Counted from the first letter of the stretch, positions 35,086 through 45,880 are shown. The stretch: 64,000 bases of DNA from Rhabdothermincola salaria (GCF_021246445.1 NZ_JAJQXW010000005.1:1-64000); one strand, 5' to 3'. The notes: generated by a model not told the origin, from the sequence alone. Program-made: numbers and translations.

Positions 35086-35247
35086 ATGGAGATCCCGCCC
35101 CCTGACCCCGAGAAGCTGCTGGCCGCCTGGATGGAGTGGGAGCGCGGTGAGGTGAACCCCGGTCGGGCCATGGCCAACCTCAAGACCGCGGGGATGCCCG
35201 ATCTGTTGCGCCAGCTCGTCGAGGCCTTGGCCGAGACGTCCGACTGA
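35086..35247 (+). CDS. Small hypothetical protein, 53 aa (absent from ORF track)
   Basis: MEIPPPDPEKLLAAWMEWERGEVNPGRAMANLKTAGMPDLLRQLVEALAETSD; strong GC3 bias; TAACCT 6 nt before ATG. Confidence 0.75.
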   Translation: MEIPPPDPEKLLAAWMEWERGEVNPGRAMANLKTAGMPDLLRQLVEALAETSD

Positions 35248-35267
35248 CCGGCGGCGCGGTCTCGGCC

Positions 35268-36002
35268 ATGCCCGCGCGGGGCGGACGCCAGGTCATCCCC
35301 CGGCCGAACTCGGTTCGGCCCGGTCGGCCCGCGCCCTGGGCCGGGCTCCCCGCCGGACGGTTGCAGCCCAGCCTCGACGACGTGGTGGCGGCCATGGCCT
35401 CCGCCCCCCCGCCTCGACCCTCCGATCGCGAGGGCCCGGGGGTCCGCGCCTCGGCCGTGCTGGCCGCCCTGTACGAGTTCGACGGCGAGGCGGTGGTGGT
35501 GCTCACCCGCCGGGCGCAGCACATGCGCAGCCACCGGGGCGAGGTGGCCTTCCCCGGAGGACGCCAGGAGCCGGGCGAGGACCTGTGGGACACAGCGCTC
35601 CGCGAAGCCAACGAGGAGGTCGACCTCGATCCGGCCGACGTCGAGCTGCTCGGCGAGCTCGACCACCTCCGCACCGTCACGAGCCACTCGTTCATCGCCC
35701 CCTACGTGGCCCGCCTGGCGGGTCGCCCCCAGCTGACCCCGTCCCCGGACGAGGTCGAGCACGTCCTGCACGTCCCCCTCGCCGTGCTGCTGGCGCCGGA
35801 CGTGTTCCGCGAGGAGCGCTGGGGCATCCCGCCGATGGACCGGCCCATCTACTTCTTCGAGGTGGTGGGCGACACCATCTGGGGGGCCACCGGAGCCATG
35901 TTGCGCAACCTGCTGGGCGTGGTCACGGGCACCTACGACCCCGACGACCATCCGCCCCCATGGGGCGCCCTGCCCGGCGAAGACCGCCACGACCACGCCT
36001 GA
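35268..36002 (+). CDS. Nudix hydrolase, CoA pyrophosphatase-like
   Basis: LTRR...MRSHRGEVAFPGG followed by Nudix box TALREANEEV; IWGATG. Confidence 0.9.
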   Translation: MPARGGRQVIPRPNSVRPGRPAPWAGLPAGRLQPSLDDVVAAMASAPPPRPSDREGPGVRASAVLAALYEFDGEAVVVLTRRAQHMRSHRGEVAFPGGRQEPGEDLWDTALREANEEVDLDPADVELLGELDHLRTVTSHSFIAPYVARLAGRPQLTPSPDEVEHVLHVPLAVLLAPDVFREERWGIPPMDRPIYFFEVVGDTIWGATGAMLRNLLGVVTGTYDPDDHPPPWGALPGEDRHDHA

Positions 36003-36048
36003 GCGCGAGCCCCGAGCGTGACCGGCGGGTGGGGGCTACCGTGCGGCC

Positions 36049-36438
36049 ATGGCCCGGTTGACCTTCGAAGCCGACACCCACGGAGAGCTCGTCGCCCAGG
36101 TGCGGGCGTGGCTGGCCTCGGTCGAGAACACCGACGGCCCCATCTCGGTGGCCGACGCCATCTCCCAGGGGGCCGGGCTGACCAAGGACGCCCTGCGCAT
36201 CATCGCCGCCGCGGCGCCTGCGCCGGTGGCCCAGAGCGATGTCGTGAAGTCGCTCACGGGCATGGGCTACAAGGTCACCGACTCCACCTCGAAGGCCCTC
36301 GTCGACGGCCTCCAGAGCGTGGAAGCCCTGACGGGCGGCAGCGTCATCGAGCAGGTCTCCGACCGGGGCCGGGCCACCCTGTGGAGCATGAACCAGAAGG
36401 TGGCCAAGCAGGTCCTGCGGACCCTCGCCGGGAGCTGA
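36049..36438 (+). CDS. Hypothetical protein (possible winged-helix C-terminal part)
   Basis: High GC3 ORF; TACCGT 6 nt before ATG; no recognised motif. Confidence 0.7.
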   Translation: MARLTFEADTHGELVAQVRAWLASVENTDGPISVADAISQGAGLTKDALRIIAAAAPAPVAQSDVVKSLTGMGYKVTDSTSKALVDGLQSVEALTGGSVIEQVSDRGRATLWSMNQKVAKQVLRTLAGS

Positions 36439-36585
36439 TCGGCGGCGGCGGGACGGGCCCCGCAGCGGGCTCGGGCCTCGTCGGCGGACGGGGTAGACTC
36501 CCACCCTTCCAGCGGAGTGGGGCCCCTCACGGGCTCGGCCTCTGCTGTTCTCTCGCAGCGACACACCCAGTGAAGGGACTCTGAC

Positions 36586-37749
36586 ATGGCCGAGGTCGAG
36601 ATCGGGATGGGCAAGTCGGGGCGTCGCGCCTACGGCTTCGACGACATCGCCATCGTTCCCAGTCGCCGCACCCGCGATCCCGAGGACGTCGACATCTCCT
36701 GGGAGATCGACGCCTTCCGCTTCGAGCTCCCCCTCATGGGCTCGGCCATGGACGGGGTCATCAGCCCCGCCACCGCCATCGAGATGGGCCGCCTCGGCGG
36801 CGTCGGCGTGCTCAACCTCGAGGGCCTCTGGACCCGTTACGAGGATCCCGAGCCGCTGTTCGAGGAGATCGCCGAGCTGCCCACCGACAAGGCCACCGCC
36901 CGGATGCAGCAGATGTACAGCGAGCCCATCAAGCTCGAGCTGGTGGGTCAGCGCATCCGTGAGATCAAGGACGCCGGCGTGGTCAGCTGCGCCTCGGTCA
37001 CCCCGCAGCGCACGGCGGCGCTGGCCTCCGAGATCGTCGACGCCGAGCTCGACCTGCTCGTCATCCAGGGCACCGTGGTCTCGGCCGAGCACGTGTCCAA
37101 GACGGTCGAGCCGCTCAACCTCAAGAAGTTCGTCCGCGAGATCGACATCCCGGTCATCGTCGGCGGGTGCGCCAGCTACCAGGCCGCCCTGCACCTCATG
37201 CGCACCGGTGCCGCCGGTGTGCTCGTCGGCGTCGGCCCCGGCCACGCCTGCACCACCCGGGGCGTGCTCGGCATCGGTGTCCCCCAGGCCACCGCCATCG
37301 CCGACGCCAAGTCGGCCCGCATGCGCCACCTCGACGAGACCGGCGTCTACTGCCAGGTCATCGCGGACGGCGGCATGGGCACGGGCGGCGACATCGCCAA
37401 GGCCATCGTCTGCGGCGCCGACGCCGTCATGATCGGCTCCCCGCTGGCCACGGCCGCCGAGGCGCCGGGCCGGGGGTACCACTGGGGCATGGCCACCTTC
37501 CACCCCACGCTGCCCCGCGGCGCTCGGGTCAAGACCACCACCCGGGGCACCCTCGAGGAGATCTTGGTGGGCCCGGCCCACGAGAACGACGGTCGCATGA
37601 ACCTGTTCGGCGCCTTGCGCACCTCCATGGCCACCTGCGGCTACGAGACGGTCAAGGAGTTCCAGAAGGCCGAGGTCATGGTCGCCCCGGCGCTCATGAC
37701 CGAGGGCAAGAACCTCCAGAAGTCCCAGGGTGTGGGGATGGGCCACTGA
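36586..37749 (+). CDS. GuaB3-family IMP dehydrogenase-related protein
   Basis: [51 protein letters not shown]; upstream of guaA. Confidence 0.93.
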   Translation: MAEVEIGMGKSGRRAYGFDDIAIVPSRRTRDPEDVDISWEIDAFRFELPLMGSAMDGVISPATAIEMGRLGGVGVLNLEGLWTRYEDPEPLFEEIAELPTDKATARMQQMYSEPIKLELVGQRIREIKDAGVVSCASVTPQRTAALASEIVDAELDLLVIQGTVVSAEHVSKTVEPLNLKKFVREIDIPVIVGGCASYQAALHLMRTGAAGVLVGVGPGHACTTRGVLGIGVPQATAIADAKSARMRHLDETGVYCQVIADGGMGTGGDIAKAIVCGADAVMIGSPLATAAEAPGRGYHWGMATFHPTLPRGARVKTTTRGTLEEILVGPAHENDGRMNLFGALRTSMATCGYETVKEFQKAEVMVAPALMTEGKNLQKSQGVGMGH

Positions 37750-37804
37750 GCGGCGCGGTGCCGGTTCCGCCCTCCACTCCTCCAGCCGACCTCACGGACC
37801 TCGA

Positions 37805-39355
37805 ATGACCGAACCAGTGCGGCCCGCCGACCCCGTCCTGGTGGTCGACTTCGGGGCCCAGTACGCCCAGCTCATCGCCCGCCGGGTGCGTGAGGCCCAC
37901 GTCTACTCCGAGATCGTCCCGCACTCCCTGAGCGCGGCCGAGATCGCCGAGCGGTCGCCACGGGGCATCGTGCTCTCGGGCGGCCCGGCGTCGGTGCACG
38001 TCGAGGGCGCACCCTCCATCGACCCGGGGGTCTACGAGCTCGGCGTGCCCATCCTGGGCATCTGCTACGGAGCCCAGCTCCTCGCCCGCGACCTCGGTGG
38101 CGAGGTGGCTCGCACCGGCCGGGGCGAGTACGGCCGCACCGATCTCGACGTCGTCGACCAGCAGGTGCTGTTCGGGCCGGCGCAACCGTCGCACCAGCCG
38201 GTGTGGATGAGCCACTTCGACACCATCACTGCGCCCCCTGCTGGGGCCACGGTCACGGCCTCCACCCCGGACACCCCGGCGGCCGCCTTCGAGGACGTCG
38301 ACGCCAAGGTCTACGGGGTGCAGTTCCACCCCGAGGTCGTCCACACGCCGCACGGCCAGGAGGTGCTCGAGCACTTCTTGTACGACGCCTGCGGGCTGGC
38401 CCCGGGCTGGACGATGACGTCGATCATCGAGACCCAGGTGGCCGCCATCCGAGCCCAGGTCGGCGATGGTCGCGCCATCTGCGGGTTGTCCGGCGGCGTC
38501 GACTCCGCCGTGGCCGCGGCGTTGGTGCACAAGGCCATCGGCGGCCAGCTCACCTGCGTGTTCGTCGACACCGGGCTCATGCGCCAGGGCGAGGGCGAGC
38601 AGGTGGTGGAGACGTTTCGGCGCCACCAGGGCATCGAGCTCATCCACGTGCGGGCCGGCGACCGCTTCTTCGAGAAGCTGGCCGGCGTCACCGATCCGGA
38701 GGACAAGCGCAAGGCCATCGGCGAGCTGTTCATCCGGGTCTTCGAGGACGCGGCCGGTGGGCTCTCCGACGCCAAGTACCTCGTGCAGGGCACGCTCTAC
38801 CCCGACGTCATCGAATCGGGCACCAAGGACGCAGCCAAGATCAAGAGCCACCACAACGTGGGTGGTCTGCCCGACGACATGGACTTCGAGCTCGTCGAGC
38901 CGTTGCGGGCGCTGTTCAAGGACGAGGTGCGCAAGGTCGGCACCGAGCTCGGCCTCCCCGACGAGATCGTGTGGCGCCAGCCCTTCCCGGGCCCGGGCCT
39001 GGGGGTGCGCATCATCGGCGAGGTCACCCCCGAGAAGGTGGCCATGCTGCAGCGGGCCGACGCCATCGTGCGCGAGGAGGTGAAGTCTGCCGGCCTCGAG
39101 CGCGAGATCTGGCAGGCCTTCGCCGTGCTGCCCGACATTCGATCGGTCGGCGTGATGGGCGACGAGCGCACCTACGGCCACCCGATCATCATCCGGGCGG
39201 TCACCAGCGAAGACGCCATGACGGCGGACTGGGCCCGGCTCCCCTACGAGCTGCTCGAGACCATGTCGGGCCGCATCATCAACGAGGTGGCGGGCATCAA
39301 CCGGGTGGCCTACGACGTCACCTCCAAGCCCCCCGGCACCATCGAGTGGGAGTGA
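37805..39355 (+). CDS. guaA: GMP synthase (glutamine-hydrolysing)
   Basis: [41 protein letters not shown]. Confidence 0.99.
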   Translation: MTEPVRPADPVLVVDFGAQYAQLIARRVREAHVYSEIVPHSLSAAEIAERSPRGIVLSGGPASVHVEGAPSIDPGVYELGVPILGICYGAQLLARDLGGEVARTGRGEYGRTDLDVVDQQVLFGPAQPSHQPVWMSHFDTITAPPAGATVTASTPDTPAAAFEDVDAKVYGVQFHPEVVHTPHGQEVLEHFLYDACGLAPGWTMTSIIETQVAAIRAQVGDGRAICGLSGGVDSAVAAALVHKAIGGQLTCVFVDTGLMRQGEGEQVVETFRRHQGIELIHVRAGDRFFEKLAGVTDPEDKRKAIGELFIRVFEDAAGGLSDAKYLVQGTLYPDVIESGTKDAAKIKSHHNVGGLPDDMDFELVEPLRALFKDEVRKVGTELGLPDEIVWRQPFPGPGLGVRIIGEVTPEKVAMLQRADAIVREEVKSAGLEREIWQAFAVLPDIRSVGVMGDERTYGHPIIIRAVTSEDAMTADWARLPYELLETMSGRIINEVAGINRVAYDVTSKPPGTIEWE

Positions 39356-39402
39356 ACGCCCCCGTCTGAGGGCGGTCCCCCGTCGCTGGTACGTTCGCTG
39401 CG

Positions 39403-40644
39403 ATGGACCTGGGGGCGAGCGAGGCGATCTCGGCGAAGTACTCGACGCGGGCGCGCCTCTTCGCTCCTCCGCTCGGGAGCGCACCGGCCGACGGGGTGCG
39501 GATCAACTTCGACCAGGGCCTGCCCGACCCGTCGCTGTTCCCGATCGACGAGCTGCGGCGCTGCCTCGACGCCACCCTCGCGGAGGACGGGGACGAGGCG
39601 CTGCGCTACTTCGGCGCCGGTGGTCCCGAGGAGATGCAGTACGGGCACCTGGGTCTGCGCGCCGAGCTGGCCCGCCGGTTGGCCGAGCGCGACGAGCGGG
39701 CGCTCGACCCCGCAGGCGTCACCTTGGTCAACGGCTCCACCGACGGGTTGGCCCTGGTGGCCAACGCCTTCCTCGGCCCCGGCGACGGCGCGGTGATCGA
39801 GGCGCTGACGTACCCGCACACGCGGCGCTTCATCGCCGCCACCGGAGCGACGGTCCGCACCGTGCCGGTCGACGACGACGGCATGGTCGTCGACGCCCTG
39901 CCCCAGGTCCTCGACGAGCTCCGGGCCGAGGGGTGCACCCCGAAGCTGGTCGCCACCATCCCGACCTTCCACGCTCCCACCGGCACGGTGCTCCCCGTCC
40001 ACCGCCGTCGGGCGCTGGTCGACATGGCCGTCGAGCACGACGTGATGGTGCTCGAGGACAACTGCTACTACCACTTCGGCTACGACACGGCCCCACCCCC
40101 GACGCTGCGGTCCTTCGACGAGCAGGGTGTCGTGATCCAGTCGGACAGCTTCTCGAAGTACGTGGCCCCCGGGCTCCGCCTGGCCTGGGTGGCCGGCCAC
40201 CCGGCGGCCGTCGAAGGGGTGGTGCGGGCCCGTCAGGATTTCTCGGTCAGCGCCCTGCTGGCCCGCGCGATCGAGCGCTTCTGCCGCAGCGGCGACTTCG
40301 ATCGCCACATCGAGCTGCTCCGCGCGCGCTATCGCCACAAGCGCGACGTCACCACCGCCGCCCTCCGGGAGCACTGCGAACCGCTCGTGGCATTCCGCGA
40401 GCCGGCGGGTGGCTTCTACTTCTGGCTGCGGGTCGCCGACGACGTCGACTGGCTGCACGCTCGTGAGCTGGCCGCCGCCGACGGCGTGGCGGTCCGCCCC
40501 GGGGATCAGTTCGTCGACGGCGACGCTGGCCCCCGCTTCGTGCGGCTCTCGCCGATCCAGGTCCCCGACGCCGAGATCGAGCCCGGCATCGCGCTGCTGG
40601 GCCGGGCGCTGCGGGCGGCTCGGCGAGACCACGCCCGGTCGTAG
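39403..40644 (+). CDS. PLP-dependent aminotransferase, class I/II
   Basis: PTFHAPTG, LEDNCY, SFSKYVAPGLRLAW. Confidence 0.9.
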   Translation: MDLGASEAISAKYSTRARLFAPPLGSAPADGVRINFDQGLPDPSLFPIDELRRCLDATLAEDGDEALRYFGAGGPEEMQYGHLGLRAELARRLAERDERALDPAGVTLVNGSTDGLALVANAFLGPGDGAVIEALTYPHTRRFIAATGATVRTVPVDDDGMVVDALPQVLDELRAEGCTPKLVATIPTFHAPTGTVLPVHRRRALVDMAVEHDVMVLEDNCYYHFGYDTAPPPTLRSFDEQGVVIQSDSFSKYVAPGLRLAWVAGHPAAVEGVVRARQDFSVSALLARAIERFCRSGDFDRHIELLRARYRHKRDVTTAALREHCEPLVAFREPAGGFYFWLRVADDVDWLHARELAAADGVAVRPGDQFVDGDAGPRFVRLSPIQVPDAEIEPGIALLGRALRAARRDHARS

Positions 40645-40653
40645 GCTCGGCCC

Positions 40654-41022
40654 ATGGCTGCTGGCGCTCCCCTCCCATCCGATGCCGACCCCCTCGCCGT
40701 GGCCGAGGCCTTCGTGGCGGCGTGGGACGCCCACGACCTGGAGGCCACCCTGGCGCTCGTCACCGACGACTGCGTGTTCGAGTCGGCGCGGCCGGCCAGC
40801 AACGGGGCCCGGGTCCAGGGTCGCGACGAGCTCCGACGGGTGTGGGGGCCGAGCTTCGGCGCCGGTGGGGGGTCGATGGAGACCGAGGCCACCTTCGCGG
40901 CGGGCGAGCGGGTGGTGCAGCAGTGGCGCTTCGTCGACGGCGACCGCGTGGTGCGGGGGGTCGACCTGCTCCGCGTCCGCGACGGGCGCATCTGCGAGAA
41001 GCTGGGCTACGTGAAGGCCTGA
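40654..41022 (+). CDS. NTF2/SnoaL-like protein
   Basis: AFVAAWDAHDL...TDDCVF...GVDLLRVRDGRI.EK. Confidence 0.85.
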   Translation: MAAGAPLPSDADPLAVAEAFVAAWDAHDLEATLALVTDDCVFESARPASNGARVQGRDELRRVWGPSFGAGGGSMETEATFAAGERVVQQWRFVDGDRVVRGVDLLRVRDGRICEKLGYVKA

Positions 41023-41098
41023 TCGTCGGCCTGGCCGCCCGGCAGGGCCTGGCGCCGAGTTACTGGACATAGTCAGACAAGCTTCCTAGGGTGGCGCC

Positions 41099-41632
41099 AT
41101 GGGCCGGACGAGCAGCGATGTGGTCGGGGCCGAGCAGGCCCTCGAGCGGCTCTTCCGCCTCACCGTGAGCCGCCGCATGTACAGCCGCCAGTCCGCGGCC
41201 GTGGGCGCGGTCGTCACCCGCGCCGGCTACGCCGTGCTGCGCAGCGTCGACCAGGCGGGCGAGCTCACCATGACCGAGCTGGCCCGCGAGTGCTCCATGG
41301 ACCCGGCGGCGGCCGGCCGTCAGGTCCGTTCCCTCACCGAGGACGGCCTCGTCGAGCGCCGCTCGGGGGCCGACGACGCCCGGGTGACCGTGGTGCGCCT
41401 CACCCCCGAGGGCCGCGACGTCTACCGCCGCATCGTGGCCGTGCGCACCGCCCACCTCGACGAGGTGCTGTCGGGCTGGAGCGCCGAGGACCGCACTGCG
41501 CTCACCACCCTCGTCGATCGCCTCGTCGACGACCTCAAGGCGGTGCCGTTCCGGCCCGCCCCCACCGCCACCCGAGCCACGCCAGCCACCCCAGCCACCC
41601 CAGCCACCCCAGCCACCGAGGAGCGCCCATGA
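41099..41632 (+). CDS. MarR-family transcriptional regulator
   Basis: TMTELAR...GLVERR...DARV..VRLTPEGR; TGGACA-N17-TAGGGT promoter just upstream. Confidence 0.92.
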   Translation: MGRTSSDVVGAEQALERLFRLTVSRRMYSRQSAAVGAVVTRAGYAVLRSVDQAGELTMTELARECSMDPAAAGRQVRSLTEDGLVERRSGADDARVTVVRLTPEGRDVYRRIVAVRTAHLDEVLSGWSAEDRTALTTLVDRLVDDLKAVPFRPAPTATRATPATPATPATPATEERP

Positions 41633-42864
41633 GCCGCATCCAGTCCGACCGCCGCATCGACTACGCCGGGTCGGTGCACGACGAGCGCGAGATCGACGCG
41701 GTCGTCGCGGTCCTGCGCGGGGGCCCCACCGCCATGCGCATCGGCCGCAACGTCAAGGCCATGGAGCAACGCGTCGCCGAGCTGTTCGGCAAGCGCCGGG
41801 GGGTCATGTGCAACTCGGGGAGCTCGGCGCTCTACCTCGCCGTCGAGGTCCTCGGTCTCGAACCGGGCGACGAGATCCTCACCTCGGCCGTCACCTTCTC
41901 CACCGACATCGCGCCCATGATCAGGGCCGGCCTGGTGCCGGTGTTCGTCGACGTCACCCCCGACACCTTCCAGATCGACGTCGACGCCATCGAGGCGATG
42001 ATCGGGCCGCGCACCAAGGCCATCCTCGCCCCCAACCTCATCGGCAACGCCCCCGACTGGGATCGCATCCGCGAGATCGCCGACCGTCACGGGCTCAAGG
42101 TGATCGAGGACTCCTGCGACGCCCTGGGCCTCACCCTCCGGGGCACCCCCACCGGCACCCGGGCCGACATCAGCCTCACCAGCTTCGCCCTCAGCCACAT
42201 CATCACCGCGGCCGGCACCGGAGGCATGGTCTGCTTCGACGACGACGACATGGCCGACAAGGCGCTGCTGCTGCGGCGTTGGGGCCGGCGCAGCGAGGTC
42301 CAGCTGTTCGGGTCCACGAAGGGGGTCGAGCGCAGCTTCTTCAGCACCATCGACGACGGCCTCGAGTACGACAACCTCTTCATCTTCGACGAGGTCGGTT
42401 GGAACTTCGAGCCCTCCGAGCTGTCGGCCGCCTTCGGTCTCGTCCAGCTCGACAAGCTCGCCGACAACCTGGTCCGTCGCCAGCAGAACTTCGAGATCAC
42501 CGGGTCGTACTTCGCGCGGTACCCGCACCTGTTCACCATGCCTCGCCTCACCGAGGGCGTGGAGACGGGCTGGCACATGTTCCCGGCGCTGATCGAGCCC
42601 GACTCCGGCATCCGCCGCAGCGAGCTGCAGCAGTGGATGGAGCGCAACGGGGTGGACACCCGCATGGTCTGGACGGGCAACGCCACCCGCCAGCCTGCGT
42701 TCCGGGACAAGCCGCACCGGGCCCCCGAAGGGGGCCTGCCCAACGCCGATCGGGTCATGGAGTGGGGGATCATCCTGCCCAACAACCACTCCATGGACGA
42801 CGACGACTGCCACTACATGGGCCAGACCCTCGAGGGCTTCCTGGCCGAGAAGGGACTCATCTGA
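41629..42864 (+). CDS. DegT/DnrJ-family PLP/PMP enzyme, RfbH/ColD-like
   Basis: CNSGSSAL, GLVPVFVD, VIEDSCDALG, SFALSHIIT, GNATRQPAF. Confidence 0.88.
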   Translation: MSRIQSDRRIDYAGSVHDEREIDAVVAVLRGGPTAMRIGRNVKAMEQRVAELFGKRRGVMCNSGSSALYLAVEVLGLEPGDEILTSAVTFSTDIAPMIRAGLVPVFVDVTPDTFQIDVDAIEAMIGPRTKAILAPNLIGNAPDWDRIREIADRHGLKVIEDSCDALGLTLRGTPTGTRADISLTSFALSHIITAAGTGGMVCFDDDDMADKALLLRRWGRRSEVQLFGSTKGVERSFFSTIDDGLEYDNLFIFDEVGWNFEPSELSAAFGLVQLDKLADNLVRRQQNFEITGSYFARYPHLFTMPRLTEGVETGWHMFPALIEPDSGIRRSELQQWMERNGVDTRMVWTGNATRQPAFRDKPHRAPEGGLPNADRVMEWGIILPNNHSMDDDDCHYMGQTLEGFLAEKGLI

Positions 42865-43685
42865 TGGCTGGACGATTCGCAGGACGGCGCGCCGTGGTCA
42901 CCGGCTCGAGCCGGGGCATCGGCGCCGGCATCGCCGAGCGCCTGGCCGCCGAAGGAGCGGACCTGGTGCTCACCGCCCGCACGCTCGACAAGCACGACCA
43001 CCTGCCCGGCAGCCTCAACGACACGCGCGCTCGCCTCGAGAAGTACGGCACCGCGGTCTCGGTGGTCGTCGCCGACCTCACCGACCCCCAGGACCGCCTC
43101 CGGGTGATCCCCGAGGCGGTCGAGGCCCTGGGCGGCCCGGTCGAGATCCTCGTCAACAACGCGGCGGCGTCGATCCAGGCGCCCTTGGCCGAGGTGTCGG
43201 TCAAGCGGCGCAACATCATGTTCGAGGTGAACGTCAACGCCCCGGTCGACCTGTCGCTGGCCGTCGTGCCCGACATGGTCGCCGCCGGTGAGGGCTGGAT
43301 CGTCAACCTGTCGAGCGGCAGCGCCCAGCTGTGGCCCGGTCCCGGCCACGAGCTCAGCGACTCGGCCGAGCGCATCATCGCCTACGGCGCCTCCAAGGCG
43401 GCTCTCAACCGGGTGAGCAACGGCATGGCGGCCACGCTCCACGGCACCGGGGTGCGGGTGAACACCGTGGAGCCGCGAGCTGCGGTGCTGAGCGAGGGCG
43501 CCGCCCAGCTGGTGGGCGACATCTTGACCCCCGACCAGATCGAGTCGATGGAGGAGATGGTGGAGGGGACCGTGGCCCTGTGCGACTGCCCGGCCGACGT
43601 GACCGGCCGGATCACGGTCAGCCTCGACCTGATCGAGGAGTGGGGTCTCACCGTCCACGGCCTCGACGGCAACGCGCTGTCCTGA
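42864..43685 (+). CDS. SDR family oxidoreductase
   Basis: TGSSRGIG, LVNNAA, YGASK. Confidence 0.92.
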   Translation: MAGRFAGRRAVVTGSSRGIGAGIAERLAAEGADLVLTARTLDKHDHLPGSLNDTRARLEKYGTAVSVVVADLTDPQDRLRVIPEAVEALGGPVEILVNNAAASIQAPLAEVSVKRRNIMFEVNVNAPVDLSLAVVPDMVAAGEGWIVNLSSGSAQLWPGPGHELSDSAERIIAYGASKAALNRVSNGMAATLHGTGVRVNTVEPRAAVLSEGAAQLVGDILTPDQIESMEEMVEGTVALCDCPADVTGRITVSLDLIEEWGLTVHGLDGNALS

Positions 43686-43763
43686 CCCGGTCCCGGTCGT
43701 CGGGGTCGGGCGGCAGCAGCCGTCGCCCGGCTCCGGGGTCGCCGGGCCGGCGGGCAGTCCGGC

Positions 43764-44744
43764 TCAGCGGGGTACGCGAGGAGCGCGGCGGCTGTACGTG
43801 GTGCTGATGGCCTCCACCCAGGCGTCCTCGTGGTGGGGGTCGTCGGGGGGCTCGACGTCGACGCCCCGCGCTCGCAGATCGGCCACGAACGTGTCGACGA
43901 CGCGCTCGAGGGTGAGGTCGTCGACGTGCTCCTCGCACCGGGCCAGCTCGTCGGCGTCGGCGTAGATCTCGCCCTTCCACGACACGGTGATGCGGACATC
44001 GGCATCGGTGGCGGTGTGGACGACCTCGTCGCCGTTGCGCATCTGCCAGCCACCCGCCACGCGGTGCAACGACGAGTCACGGGTGAGGCCCTCGATGAGG
44101 GCGTCGCCCTCGTCGCCCACCGGGGCCACCCCGTGGTAGGTGCGCTCGTTGTCGGACAGGACGGCCACGTTGCCGTACGGGGGCTCCACGACGGCCGACG
44201 GGGCGTCGGGACCGTCGGGCCAGTAGTGGAAGGCGCCGCCGGGCCCGTCGTAGAACCAGCTCACAGCGGTGGCCAGCCGCACCCGCCAGTGCTCGAACAA
44301 CCCGGAGCTCATCATCTGGTTGAGGAGCCAGACGGGGTGGTCGTCGCGGGTGAACCCCCGGAAGGCGGGGACGTCGGTGTGGGGGATGAACGGCACCGGG
44401 CCCGGCACCATCACGTTCACGTAGACGGTCTGGGGGCGAACGATGGCCTCCGCCCCGAACACGGCGTGGGCGCCCTCGACGAAGCGGGGGTTGCCCAGGA
44501 CGACGTCGGCGCCCGGGATCAGGGCCCGGCGACCGAGGGCGAAGTCGCGCCGGAACCACGGCGGCACGAACATGGTGGCCCCCTGGTTGCCGCCGGTGGC
44601 CCGCACCTCCTTCTCGGTGCCGGCGTAGCGGGCGATCGGCCACCACTCCTCGACCGCCCGGATGGTGTCGACCACCAGCGCCGGGTCGTCGTAGGCGGGC
44701 TCGAGGCGCACGGCGCTCGGCGTCGTGGTGGACGTGGCGGTCAT
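43764..44744 (-). CDS. Hypothetical protein, possible Fe(II)/2OG-oxygenase fold
   Basis: High GC3; PHTDVP (HxD) and distal YHGV. Confidence 0.7.
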   Translation of the reverse strand: MTATSTTTPSAVRLEPAYDDPALVVDTIRAVEEWWPIARYAGTEKEVRATGGNQGATMFVPPWFRRDFALGRRALIPGADVVLGNPRFVEGAHAVFGAEAIVRPQTVYVNVMVPGPVPFIPHTDVPAFRGFTRDDHPVWLLNQMMSSGLFEHWRVRLATAVSWFYDGPGGAFHYWPDGPDAPSAVVEPPYGNVAVLSDNERTYHGVAPVGDEGDALIEGLTRDSSLHRVAGGWQMRNGDEVVHTATDADVRITVSWKGEIYADADELARCEEHVDDLTLERVVDTFVADLRARGVDVEPPDDPHHEDAWVEAISTTYSRRAPRVPR

Positions 44745-44841
44745 GTGGAGTCCCCCTGTGGGCCGAAGCGTCCCGGGACGCCGAGGGTAGCGGTTGACGA
44801 GACGCGCATCCGCGCCCGGCGGCGCGCCGCCGGGGCGGGGC

Positions 44842-45819
44842 TCAGGTGCCGGCCAGGCGAGCCACCACCGGGGCCATGCCCTCCATGGCGTCGGCCCCGA
44901 TCCCGATGTAGGAGATCCCGAAGCGGTCGCGGCGCTCCTGGATCTGCTCGACGAGCTGCTCGACGGTGCCGGCCAGGGCGTGCGGCGACTCCAGGGCGTC
45001 GGCCGGCGAGATGCCGAGTGCCGGCCCGAGCAACTCGGCCATGGCGTCGCGGTCGTCGGTGACAGCCGCGACGTGCACCCTGACCTGCAGCTCGAGGTCG
45101 TCGTAGCGGTCTCCGGCGGCGTCGTGGATCCACCGGAGCTTCTCGGTGGTGGCGTCGGTGGTGGCGTTGGGACCGGCATCGGCATCGATGACGCCCTTGC
45201 GCAGGTCGATGTTGATGCCCACGATGTCGGCCTCGCGGGCCGCCAACGAGAGCATCCTGCGTCCGCCTCCGCCGAGCAGCAGGGGCGGCCCGGGCCGTTG
45301 GAGGGGCTTGGGGAGGCCCTCCAGAGCGTGGACCCGGTAGTGGTCGCCGTCGAAGGACACCGGGCCGTCGGCGAACAGGCCCTTGATGATCCCGACCGCC
45401 TCGGCGAGGCGCTCGATGCGGACCCCGGGCCGGTCGAGGGCGATGCCGGACTGCTCGTAGTCGGTGGTCATCCAGCCGGCGCCGAGGCCCAGCTCGAAGC
45501 GCCCCTCGCACAGCACGTCGATCGTGGCTGCCTCCTTGGCCATGACCACGGGATGGCGGTAGTCGTTGCACCAGACGAGGCCGCCGACGCGGAGGCGGGT
45601 GGTGGCGTCGGCGGCGGCCATCACGGCCGGGGTGATGGCGAACTGGTCGTCGAAGTGGTCGGCCACGGTGAGGGTGGCGTAGCCCAGGTCCTCGACCCGG
45701 CGGGCCAGGTCCCGCCAGGCCCGGGCGTCGGCCGGGGTGCCGGTGAGGCCACCGGCCGGGGCGCTGGCCTGGACGCCGAAGCGGAAGGGCTTGGGGCGGG
45801 GCAGGGGCACGGCGCTCAT
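44842..45819 (-). CDS. LLM-class (probably F420-dependent) oxidoreductase
   Basis: FRFGVQ, VADHF, NDYRHP, GRFELGLGAGW, AAREADIV. Confidence 0.92.
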   Translation of the reverse strand: MSAVPLPRPKPFRFGVQASAPAGGLTGTPADARAWRDLARRVEDLGYATLTVADHFDDQFAITPAVMAAADATTRLRVGGLVWCNDYRHPVVMAKEAATIDVLCEGRFELGLGAGWMTTDYEQSGIALDRPGVRIERLAEAVGIIKGLFADGPVSFDGDHYRVHALEGLPKPLQRPGPPLLLGGGGRRMLSLAAREADIVGINIDLRKGVIDADAGPNATTDATTEKLRWIHDAAGDRYDDLELQVRVHVAAVTDDRDAMAELLGPALGISPADALESPHALAGTVEQLVEQIQERRDRFGISYIGIGADAMEGMAPVVARLAGT

Positions 45820-45880
45820 GGCCGCACCGTACCGGCGTCCGGCCCCGCGCTCGGGCGCCGGATCGGCGTACCGTGACCCC

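Noticed and set aside
36494..36585. Purine riboswitch upstream of guaB3-guaA
   Set aside because: There is a GC-rich leader after a TAGACT -10, but no purine-riboswitch consensus is recognisable
41063..41080. MarR operator palindrome (CTGGAC-ATA-GTCAG)
   Set aside because: The inverted repeat is short and needs a bulge; too weak to call
41570..41617. CCAGCCACC repeats at the end of marR
   Set aside because: An in-frame Pro-Ala-Thr low-complexity tail with no evidence of significance
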